From positions 1 to 27,987 of IMG/VR virus record IMGVR_UViG_3300017903_002839: 27,987 nucleotides of DNA; one strand, 5' to 3'. Shown in pieces: positions 8,081-15,434 of this stretch. The DNA is from a virus (Duplodnaviria > Caudoviricetes). The notes beneath the pieces are model-generated. The model made no database searches. It was not told the origin of the DNA and worked only from the letters and a program-made list of their open reading frames with translations. Numbering within the stretch: the first letter of the stretch is position 1; every line of letters begins with the position of its first letter. The translations under genes and the position numbers were made by a program.

Positions 8081-10231
8081 ATGACAACACGAAACTTTAG
8101 AGTAAACAACGGACTTGAAGTTGGTAACATCACTATATCAGCAAGTGCTAATACCATAACAGGTCTAGCCACAGCGGCACCAAGTGCTGACGGAGACGTG
8201 GCAAACAAGAAATACGTTGATGACGAAATCGCGGCGCTTTCGACAACAGCCATAACACAAGGGAACAGTAACGTAACAGTAACTGACTCGGGCACAGGTG
8301 CAATCACAGTATCGGCAGATGGTACAGAAGTTGCAAACCTTGCCGTGGCGGCTACAACCATCACTGCCTCAGGTGCAATCAACCTTACAGCAGGTACAGA
8401 CGTAGTCATACCAGCCAACATTGGAGTTACATTTGGATCTGGTGAGAAGATCGAGGGTGACAACACGGACCTTACAGTTACATCAGGTGCCAAGATAAAC
8501 CTTACGGCAACTTCAGATGTACACATTCCACAAAACGTAGGTTTGGTATTTGACGCCAACGGATCAGAGAAGATCGAGTCCAACGACACAGACTTGACAA
8601 TAAACTCAGGTGCTGACATAAATCTTACAGCGACAGCAGATGTGAACATACCAGCAGACGTTGGTATTACGTTTGGTAACGATGCGGAAAAAATCGAAGG
8701 TGACGGTACAGACTTAACCATCACTGGTAACAATATTAAATTGACACCAACGGCTGATACAATTTTAGCAGTAAACACTGGTTTAGTTCTTGACGGATCA
8801 GGTGATGAAAAAATCGAATCTGATGGAACAGACATTTCAATCAGTGTAGGTGCAAACGGTGACATCAACATACCGGCAAATATTGGTTTGACTTTTGGTA
8901 ACGACGGTGAGAAGATCGAGGGTGACGGAACTGACCTGACCATTTCAGGTAACAACATCAACCTAACAGCAACAGCAGATGTAGTCATACCAGCAGACGT
9001 TGGAATAACATTTGGATCTGGTGAGAAGATCGAGGGTGACAACACGGACCTTACAGTTACATCAGGTGCCAAGATAAACCTTACAGCAACGTCAGATGTA
9101 CACATTCCACAAAACGTAGGTTTAGTGTTTGACGCAAACGGAAGTGAGAAAATTGAATCTAATGACACAGATTTGACAATCAACTCAGGTGCAAAAATAA
9201 ACCTTACAGCAACGTCAGACGTACACGTTCCGGCTAACGTTGGTATAGTTTTTGATGCAAACGCAAGTGAGAAGATCGAGTCCAACGACACAGACTTGAC
9301 AGTTAACTCAGGTGCGGACATCAACTTGACTGCGACGGCGGATGTTAACATACCGGCAAACGTTGGTGTAACATTTGGTGACGATGGAGAGAAGATCGAA
9401 GGTAATGGTACAAACTTAACCATTGCGTCTTCAGGTCTATGTACAATCACAGCAACTGGTGAAACGGTAGTAACTAACAACTTAAGAATTGGTGGTAACT
9501 TGACTGTGGATGGTACTGAAACAATCGTAAACACAACGACACTATCAGTTGAAGATAACATCATTGAACTTAACAGGAACGTATCAGCGGCATCAGGCAT
9601 GCCAAGTATATCTGGAATCAGAGCAAACAGGGGTGAAGGTTCGACTGCGACTGAACTAGCACTTTACTGGGCTTGGGATGAAAACTTTGCAGACGACGGT
9701 ACAACAACACACGGAAACGTGGGTGGTGCCTGGACGGCATTCGCGGCACCAAGAGGTGATGAATCAGGCTTCTCGGCTGATTCCTTAATTGACATTAGGG
9801 CGAACGTGGTACACGCCACTGCAACATCGGCTCAGTACGCGGACGTTGCCGAGCGTTTCGAAGCAGACGCTCCTATGTCAGCAGGTGCAGTAGTAGAAGT
9901 AGGCGGTGACGCGGAAATAACAGAAACAACATCGGATCTGTCTGAGAATGTTTTTGGTGTAATTTCTGAACAACCAGCATACGCCATGAACGCCGGGGCA
10001 GGTAACAATGACACACACCCATTTGTGGCGATGACAGGTAGAACACCAGTTAGAGTTACAGGTCCCGTAACAAAAGGGCAAAGACTTGTTACTTCATCAG
10101 TTAAAGGTTGTGCTAGAGCAGTAGCGACAGGTGAATCAATTTCACCATTCAACGTTATTGGTAGAGCACTAGAAAGTTCAACAGACGCAGGAATCAAATT
10201 GGTAAACTGTGCAGTGAGAACTAACAACTAA
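8081..10231 (+). CDS. Tail fibre/spike with nine tandem ~39-aa repeats and probable C-terminal intramolecular chaperone (autocleaving) domain
   Basis: DVANKKYVD motif; nine EKIE-containing repeats; GNLTVDGTETIVNTTTLSVEDNII motif; AQYADVAERFEAD...GVIS..PAY..N...GRTPVRVTG...IGRALE resembles Peptidase_G2-type chaperone tails. Confidence 0.82.
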   Translation: MTTRNFRVNNGLEVGNITISASANTITGLATAAPSADGDVANKKYVDDEIAALSTTAITQGNSNVTVTDSGTGAITVSADGTEVANLAVAATTITASGAINLTAGTDVVIPANIGVTFGSGEKIEGDNTDLTVTSGAKINLTATSDVHIPQNVGLVFDANGSEKIESNDTDLTINSGADINLTATADVNIPADVGITFGNDAEKIEGDGTDLTITGNNIKLTPTADTILAVNTGLVLDGSGDEKIESDGTDISISVGANGDINIPANIGLTFGNDGEKIEGDGTDLTISGNNINLTATADVVIPADVGITFGSGEKIEGDNTDLTVTSGAKINLTATSDVHIPQNVGLVFDANGSEKIESNDTDLTINSGAKINLTATSDVHVPANVGIVFDANASEKIESNDTDLTVNSGADINLTATADVNIPANVGVTFGDDGEKIEGNGTNLTIASSGLCTITATGETVVTNNLRIGGNLTVDGTETIVNTTTLSVEDNIIELNRNVSAASGMPSISGIRANRGEGSTATELALYWAWDENFADDGTTTHGNVGGAWTAFAAPRGDESGFSADSLIDIRANVVHATATSAQYADVAERFEADAPMSAGAVVEVGGDAEITETTSDLSENVFGVISEQPAYAMNAGAGNNDTHPFVAMTGRTPVRVTGPVTKGQRLVTSSVKGCARAVATGESISPFNVIGRALESSTDAGIKLVNCAVRTNN
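8375..9425 (+). repeat. Intragenic tandem repeat, 9 units of about 114-120 nt; includes an exact 77-nt duplication (8429-8505 = 9008-9084)
   Basis: Direct reading of the DNA and protein: consensus INLTAT.DV.IP.NVG..F...EKIE.D.TDLT. Confidence 0.92.
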
Positions 10232-10258
10232 TAAATATTAATACTTTTTAGTAGAATT

Positions 10259-10288
10259 AAAAGGCGGCTTCCGGGTCGCCTTTTTTTT
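10259..10288. terminator. Bidirectional intrinsic terminator between convergent genes
   Basis: AAAAGGCGGC-ttccgg-GTCGCCTTTTTTTT, with an A run on one side and a T run on the other. Confidence 0.88.
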
Positions 10289-10715
10289 ATGTAATCAAAT
10301 CCAATATAGTCTGAAGTTTGCCTTTGATCGACTTATTGTTAAGTGTGTTCCTAAGTCCCATATGTAGATTTTTTGGCCAACATTCGAAAGCAGTCCAACA
10401 ATATCCGGAGTGTTCTTCGTTCAATACAGGAATGAATTCATTGTCAATTGCAATCACATATGTGTGAAAATAAAATTTTTGATCGTTTGATGTGAACATT
10501 TCTAAAGGAATAACTTTTTTAAATTTAGGTGTATTTCCTACTTCTTCTTGGATCTCACGTTTCAGACCTTCGAACGCACTTTCCGAGTACTTCGATTTTC
10601 CTCCAACCAATCCCCATGTACCTGCAGTTTTCTTATCAGTTCTTTGTAAAAACAGAAATCTCTTTGTGCTTGTGGAATAAAAAAATGCTCCAGAGCAAAT
10701 TATGTTATCTTTCAT
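10287..10715 (-). CDS. Nudix hydrolase
   Basis: Complete Nudix box G-KSKYS-E-SAFEGLK-RE-IQ-EE-VG (GX5EX7REUXEEXG); LNEEHSGYCW C-terminal motif. Confidence 0.93.
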   Translation of the reverse strand: MKDNIICSGAFFYSTSTKRFLFLQRTDKKTAGTWGLVGGKSKYSESAFEGLKREIQEEVGNTPKFKKVIPLEMFTSNDQKFYFHTYVIAIDNEFIPVLNEEHSGYCWTAFECWPKNLHMGLRNTLNNKSIKGKLQTILDLIT

Positions 10716-10720
10716 GCCTT

Positions 10721-10749
10721 ATTATAACATCAAAACTCTATATTATCAA
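10721..10749 (-). promoter_or_regulatory. Sigma70-type promoter for Nudix gene
   Basis: On the minus strand: TTGATA (10749-10744), 17-nt spacer, TGn-TATAAT (10726-10721), then 5 nt to the ATG. Confidence 0.75.
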
Positions 10750-12191
10750 GGAGTAGTTGCGTCGTTGCTGTCTGCGTCTTCTGTTTGCTGGTAACCACCA
10801 TCTAATACAATACTCCAGTCTCCTTGTTTGTAAACGCCTTCATATGATTTAACCCATTCGGTTCCGTTGAACCTATATTGTATGCCTGTGTTAAGATTTG
10901 TGACATAATGTTGTGTTGAATCAGGATCTGAGGCATCAAAGGCAATGTTCCATTTACTAGTGGCACTGTTGTATTCGATGATGTCTCCAACTCTTGCAAC
11001 TAGTGTCCCCCATGTGCTACTCTGGAAACTAGCAGTTGAGTCACCCACATCATTTATTACCAAATACCTATCTCCATTAGCAGGTGTGCCTGGATTAAAT
11101 GTGGCTGGATTTATAATTTTTTTCACAGCAGTCAATGTGTTGCTTGGTATAGTATCATCATCTATTGTGTAAAGGAGAATGGTATCATCTAGTGTAGTGG
11201 TCGCGATTGTACCAATGATCTGATTGCCGTTTGATTGTTGTAATCTTATTTGCGATGTGCCGTTGATAACTTTTCCATACTGATCAAGAATCAGTTTCCA
11301 GTTAAGAGGTGGACCAAATGTCTCAAACGGATCTGCTAATGCTGGGTCTCTTGCACCTGTATGGAATCCGTCACCGCCGGACTTAACATTTGTGCCTGTT
11401 GTTCCTAATAATCTCAGTTGTCCCCCACTGACCAACAAGCCAAAATTGTTTGGTGTAATAAAACTTCTTGAAGCCAATTCACCATCAATTAAACCTTTTG
11501 CTATACCACCATCGTCGTCGTATATGCTCATGATAATTTTTTGAACCACACCCAATTTTTTTACTTTTACAGGTGGTGATAACCAGATTGGCATACTAAA
11601 TGTCATTGATGCAACATCAATTTCAGAGTCTGCTCCTACTGGAATGGTTCTCGAACTGAAAGTAATACCAGTTAGTTCAACATAACTCAAACTAGTCCAA
11701 TCTATATAGTTGTCGGTTTTTTGTATCTCGAAATCCGGATTGAATAGATATAATATTTGTTCAAGTATTTGTAATTTCTGATCAGTGTTAGATGAGAATA
11801 TATCAGCACTTACTTCTAATCTGAAAGGCGATGGCATCACTTTTTCTACAGTGTATCCTGCACCCAACTGACTCGTATAATTTCCGTCTGCGTCAACATC
11901 TCTTTCCCGTAAGTGTTGTTTTTCAATATGATAAGGATTTTGCATACGGTCTCTATCATAATTTAATTCTCTTACGTAACAAGCAATTTTTGGTGCGTAA
12001 TTTAAAGCGTTCTCACTGTTATTTCTTATTATATTTGCTACCTGTCTCGTAGGGTCTCCATAAACAACTGGCACGGCTCTAAGGTTAATCGACCCATCCT
12101 TTGCTTTCCCTGTTTCAACAGAAAAATTACTCAATATTCTTATAAATTGAGTTAAAAATTTCCTAACCTGTCCTTCGTAAAAGTGTAGCAT
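10746..12191 (-). CDS. gp15: Tail sheath stabiliser / tail terminator (T4 gp15-like) with C-terminal extension
   Basis: HFYEGQVRKFLTQF...VPVVYG...QILEQILYLFNPDF...FSMPIWLSPP pattern of gp15-like proteins; adjacent to gp14/gp13-like genes. Confidence 0.72.
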   Translation of the reverse strand: MLHFYEGQVRKFLTQFIRILSNFSVETGKAKDGSINLRAVPVVYGDPTRQVANIIRNNSENALNYAPKIACYVRELNYDRDRMQNPYHIEKQHLRERDVDADGNYTSQLGAGYTVEKVMPSPFRLEVSADIFSSNTDQKLQILEQILYLFNPDFEIQKTDNYIDWTSLSYVELTGITFSSRTIPVGADSEIDVASMTFSMPIWLSPPVKVKKLGVVQKIIMSIYDDDGGIAKGLIDGELASRSFITPNNFGLLVSGGQLRLLGTTGTNVKSGGDGFHTGARDPALADPFETFGPPLNWKLILDQYGKVINGTSQIRLQQSNGNQIIGTIATTTLDDTILLYTIDDDTIPSNTLTAVKKIINPATFNPGTPANGDRYLVINDVGDSTASFQSSTWGTLVARVGDIIEYNSATSKWNIAFDASDPDSTQHYVTNLNTGIQYRFNGTEWVKSYEGVYKQGDWSIVLDGGYQQTEDADSNDATTP

Positions 12192-13360
12192 TAATTGTCA
12201 GCCTTAGGTTTAAGAGCGTTTGAAAGTGCTTGTCTCTGTGTGACCGTCAAACCATTTATTGTAGATTCAGTTGTGTTGTTTACAAAACCTGTCTTATAAT
12301 TAGCCCGTGAGTCATTGTTAGTTGTTGTAATTCTCACTGAGTCTTCGATCTTTACCCATCTGTTTCCATCATATCTGAATAATCTATTGGGCAAATAGTC
12401 TGTGCGTAAAAAATAATCACCTTTGTCAACACCAGAGACAGGAAATGATATACCAAAACCCGCTGGGTATCCGTTCGGAGCAACTCCGTCACCATCGAGA
12501 TAAAAGCCATAGTGTGAACTTGCAGGAGTATCGATTGTTGCATTAACTGTTGTATCACTGCTGGCTCTCTGTTCTTCGGTATTGACATTGTCTGTCCTAA
12601 TGTTGCCTCTTTCGTCAATAGGCGCAACATAATATTGTTTGTAATTGAAACCTGCCTTCGGTGCGTCTGCTTCGGCCTGTGCAACAACCTGATCGTTAAT
12701 AGTTTTTTCTCTGTTGAATGTGCTCATGTAACTGGCGACACTGCCTGTTGTGGTTGCGTCTCCTAGAATATCCCTGAACTCCTGTGAATCAACTAGAGTT
12801 TTAAGTTTAAGTCTTAACAGATGTGGCCACCACGTAGCCGAAAATCCTTCAGCGGCTCTGTTTACATCCTCAATCACGTAATATCTTTTGAGTGCAATTG
12901 GTATGCTTTCGTCTAGTGAGAAATCATCTTTCATGTGTGGAAACTCCAACACATCACCTGCCATTGGCTTTCTTCCTATTCTTTCTACTATGTCATTGAG
13001 ATGCACTGTTAAGAACAGTGTGTCATTCTGTAAAAACATTCCAAACTGTGATAGGTTGAAATCTGCGTCCTGCACATTGTAAATGCCTCGCACAGTGTAG
13101 ACATCAGGCGAATATTTCCTGTCTCTGTTTTCTAAAAATAACAAATCCTGAATTGTTGTTTCATTTACCTCACTGTCTGCATAACTAGGCTGAGTCGGCG
13201 ATGCCGCTCCGTCCTTGTTGGTATCTCCTTGATTGTATGGACCAAGGTATTTGTGTAGGTGCAGATCTGTGCCTCCAACCGTGAACATCTCCTTTATGTT
13301 GCGATCGAAGAATTTATAGTCATTGCCTTTTTCAGGCTTAAAAATGGATAATCTTGGCAT
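12191..13360 (-). CDS. gp14: Neck / head-completion protein (T4 gp14-like)
   Basis: LSQFGMFLQND.L.L.......GRKPMAGDVLEFP...YYVIEDV pattern; located between gp13- and gp15-like genes. Start placed at ATG 13360 (MPRLS) because the 13369 start overlaps the promoter. Confidence 0.68.
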   Translation of the reverse strand: MPRLSIFKPEKGNDYKFFDRNIKEMFTVGGTDLHLHKYLGPYNQGDTNKDGAASPTQPSYADSEVNETTIQDLLFLENRDRKYSPDVYTVRGIYNVQDADFNLSQFGMFLQNDTLFLTVHLNDIVERIGRKPMAGDVLEFPHMKDDFSLDESIPIALKRYYVIEDVNRAAEGFSATWWPHLLRLKLKTLVDSQEFRDILGDATTTGSVASYMSTFNREKTINDQVVAQAEADAPKAGFNYKQYYVAPIDERGNIRTDNVNTEEQRASSDTTVNATIDTPASSHYGFYLDGDGVAPNGYPAGFGISFPVSGVDKGDYFLRTDYLPNRLFRYDGNRWVKIEDSVRITTTNNDSRANYKTGFVNNTTESTINGLTVTQRQALSNALKPKADN

Positions 13361-13366
13361 ATCACA

Positions 13367-13400
13367 CATATTTATTGCCTAGCCAAAGGCTATAAATATG
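13367..13400. promoter_or_regulatory. Back-to-back divergent late promoters
   Basis: Minus-strand TAAATA at 13374-13369 and plus-strand TATAAATA at 13391-13398; 9-bp inverted repeat CATATTTAT/ATAAATATG. Confidence 0.75.
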
Positions 13401-13403
13401 AGT

Positions 13404-14165
13404 ATGTCAGAACTACAAACAGGTCAGCAAGAGATATTCGATTACGTAAAAAATAATCTAGGTGATGGGATGATTGACGTTGAATTAGACCCAAAACACT
13501 ATCAAACGGCACTAGAAAGAGCAATTAACAAATTTAGACAGAGATCGTCGAATGCTGTCGAAGAATCCTATGCGTTTTTGGAATTGAAGAAAGATCAAAA
13601 CACATACATCTTACCAGATGAAATCATCAATGTGAGAAGTCTACACAGACGGACAGTTGGATCAAGGACCGAGGGCGGAGAAGGTGGTACCTTATTTGAA
13701 CCATTCAATTTAGCATACACAAACACTTACCTTTTAAGGGCAGGTGCAACTGGCGGACTAGCAACCTATTACGCTTTTGCTTCATATCAAGAACTTGTAG
13801 GAAAACTATTTGGAAGTTTCATTCAGTTTCATTTTGATGTGGCAACAAAAAAATTGACGATTACACAGAAGCCAAGAGCTGACAATGAAACAGTGCTTAT
13901 GCATACAGATAATTTTAGGCCAGATATTACACTATTCAAAGACATCTATTCGAAGCCTTGGATCAGAGACTACACACTTGCAGTATCAAAAGTGATGATA
14001 GGAGAGGCGAGAGGAAAGTTCCAACAAATCGCAGGCCCACAGGGAGGAACCACACTGAACGGTTCAGAACTTAAACAACAGGGTATGCAAGAAATGGAAA
14101 GACTTGAAGCGGAAATCGGTAACTATTCAGAAGGTGGCACACCACACAGTTTTGTTATTGGTTAA
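13404..14165 (+). CDS. gp13: Neck protein (T4 gp13-like head-tail adaptor)
   Basis: LGDGMIDVELD, WIRDYTLA..K..IGEARGKF..IAGPQGGTTLNG..L...G..E...LE, ending FVIG. Start probably ATG 13404. Confidence 0.88.
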   Translation: MSELQTGQQEIFDYVKNNLGDGMIDVELDPKHYQTALERAINKFRQRSSNAVEESYAFLELKKDQNTYILPDEIINVRSLHRRTVGSRTEGGEGGTLFEPFNLAYTNTYLLRAGATGGLATYYAFASYQELVGKLFGSFIQFHFDVATKKLTITQKPRADNETVLMHTDNFRPDITLFKDIYSKPWIRDYTLAVSKVMIGEARGKFQQIAGPQGGTTLNGSELKQQGMQEMERLEAEIGNYSEGGTPHSFVIG

Positions 14166-14196
14166 TAATCAATAGTCCACATTTAAATACGCAGAC

Positions 14197-14379
14197 ATGA
14201 AAGATTCCAACTATAAAAATTACTCTGATCTCACACTAGACGAACTGGAAGAAGTTGTTGTTGAACTAGAAAATTTAAGCATCAGGGCACTTAAAGAGAA
14301 GAAAAAAAGCCTCAGGAATCAAATATTACATTCTGTTGCAGAAGCAATAAAAGAGATTGAAAAACGTCTAAAAAAATAG
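14197..14379 (+). CDS. Small helical (coiled-coil) hypothetical protein, 60 aa
   Basis: Fills the intergenic gap; preceded by TAAATA (14184-14189); heptad-like L/V/I pattern. Confidence 0.65.
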   Translation: MKDSNYKNYSDLTLDELEEVVVELENLSIRALKEKKKSLRNQILHSVAEAIKEIEKRLKK

Positions 14380-14385
14380 TATAAT
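14357..14385 (+). promoter_or_regulatory. Sigma70-type promoter for dNMP kinase
   Basis: TTGAAA (14357-14362), 17-nt spacer, TATAAT (14380-14385), then 6 nt to ATG 14392. Confidence 0.78.
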
Positions 14386-14391
14386 AACACT

Positions 14392-15045
14392 ATGCTTGTA
14401 GGTATAGTAGGTTTGATAGGTTCTGGTAAAGGCACTGTCTCTGACAGACTTGTAGAAAAACACGGGTATCAAAAAGACAGTTTCGCCAAAAGTTTGAAGG
14501 ATGCCGTAGCATCCATGTTCAACTGGGATAGAGACATGTTGGAAGGAGACACAGAATCAAGCAGACATTGGCGTGAACAACCAGACAAATTTTGGAGTGA
14601 AAAGTTTGGCAAACCAGTAACACCTCGATGGGTGTTACAATACTTTGGAACGGAAGTCATGCGTGGGCAAATGTATGATGGAATATGGGTGGACAGTTGT
14701 ATGGGAAGGTATAAAGGACAGAACACAGTGATAGCAGATGTGAGATTCCCAAACGAAGTTACACAGATAAGGGCACAGGGTGGCAAAATTATCCGTGTAA
14801 AAAGGGGACAAGACCCAGAGTGGTTTACAAACTATATTGAAGGGAACATTGAGCCAACAGGTGTGCATTCATCAGAATATGCATGGGCTAAGGAAGAATT
14901 TGATTTCGTTATCGAAAACAACGGTGACAAGCATGAACTATATCAAAAAATAGATGACTTAATCATCAGCAACAAGATCACCCATTCTCCATCCAAGTCG
15001 TCTGATCCCTTGCAACCGTTGGCAATTGGCGCAAACAGTTTTTAG
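14392..15045 (+). CDS. gp1: Deoxynucleoside monophosphate kinase (T4 gp1-like)
   Basis: P-loop GLIGSGKGT, SFAKSLKD, TPRWVLQYFGTEVMR, VIADVRFPNE, HSSE and IENNG motifs. Confidence 0.93.
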   Translation: MLVGIVGLIGSGKGTVSDRLVEKHGYQKDSFAKSLKDAVASMFNWDRDMLEGDTESSRHWREQPDKFWSEKFGKPVTPRWVLQYFGTEVMRGQMYDGIWVDSCMGRYKGQNTVIADVRFPNEVTQIRAQGGKIIRVKRGQDPEWFTNYIEGNIEPTGVHSSEYAWAKEEFDFVIENNGDKHELYQKIDDLIISNKITHSPSKSSDPLQPLAIGANSF

Positions 15046-15318
15046 ATTAGTAGCCACAGTATTCCTCATATCTCCGTCCACAAAGAACACATCAAGTTGA
15101 CTTTGACTTTGTGCTTTAAACCCACACAGTTCACATTTTCTCTTTTTCTTATATCCAGATCTTTGAAGGGCAGTCACGCCACCTATCTTTTTACCTGCTT
15201 TTTTCCTGATGCAGGTGTCACAGAGTGTCCGCCAGTAAACCTTATCGTACCGCTTGTAGGCGTATGCTCTGGGTTTGGCCTTACATGATTTGCACAATGG
15301 TCTATCTTTGTACTGCAT
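14959..15318 (-). CDS. Zinc-finger / degenerate HNH-family protein (119 aa)
   Basis: Four CxxC pairs; CELCGF...QLDVFFVDGD..N....NLKTVCANCQR is HNH-like. Start ATG 15318 follows minus-strand TAAATA (15329-15324). Confidence 0.78.
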   Translation of the reverse strand: MQYKDRPLCKSCKAKPRAYAYKRYDKVYWRTLCDTCIRKKAGKKIGGVTALQRSGYKKKRKCELCGFKAQSQSQLDVFFVDGDMRNTVATNLKTVCANCQRLQGIRRLGWRMGDLVADD

Positions 15319-15389
15319 AATTGTATTTACGTTCCCTATATAGGTACCTAGAAAATGGTAAATTATGTCAACAAAACCGTATGATTGAA

Positions 15390-15395
15390 TAAATA
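15390..15395 (+). promoter_or_regulatory. Late promoter core TAAATA for sheath gene
   Basis: AATAAATA upstream of SD AGGAG (15420-15424). Confidence 0.6.
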
Positions 15396-15434
15396 ACTCT
15401 AGTATACGTACAACTTGCAAGGAGAATACGAAAA

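Noticed and set aside
8429-9130. Diversity-generating retroelement TR/VR pair
   Set aside because: Mismatches are synonymous and not adenine-specific, both copies lie inside one repeat array, and there is no reverse transcriptase in the window.
8375-9425. CRISPR array
   Set aside because: Repeats are degenerate, in-frame coding units without unique spacers; no cas genes.
8026-9600. 524-aa minus-strand ORF and other long antisense ORFs (201-689, 3329-3817, 4385-4882, 5930-6526, 6563-7027, 25771-26241, 26266-26745)
   Set aside because: Shadows of well-supported plus-strand genes, caused by codon bias and repeats; no start signals or recognisable motifs.
10232-10288. Small RNA from TAAATA at 10232 to the terminator
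   Set aside because: The motif abuts the stop codon in very AT-rich DNA and would give only a terminator hairpin; likely chance.
14197-14379. Ribosomal protein L29 homolog
   Set aside because: Only size and an 'LTLDEL' helix are similar; the conserved L29 C-terminal R..IAR pattern is missing. HHpred would settle it.
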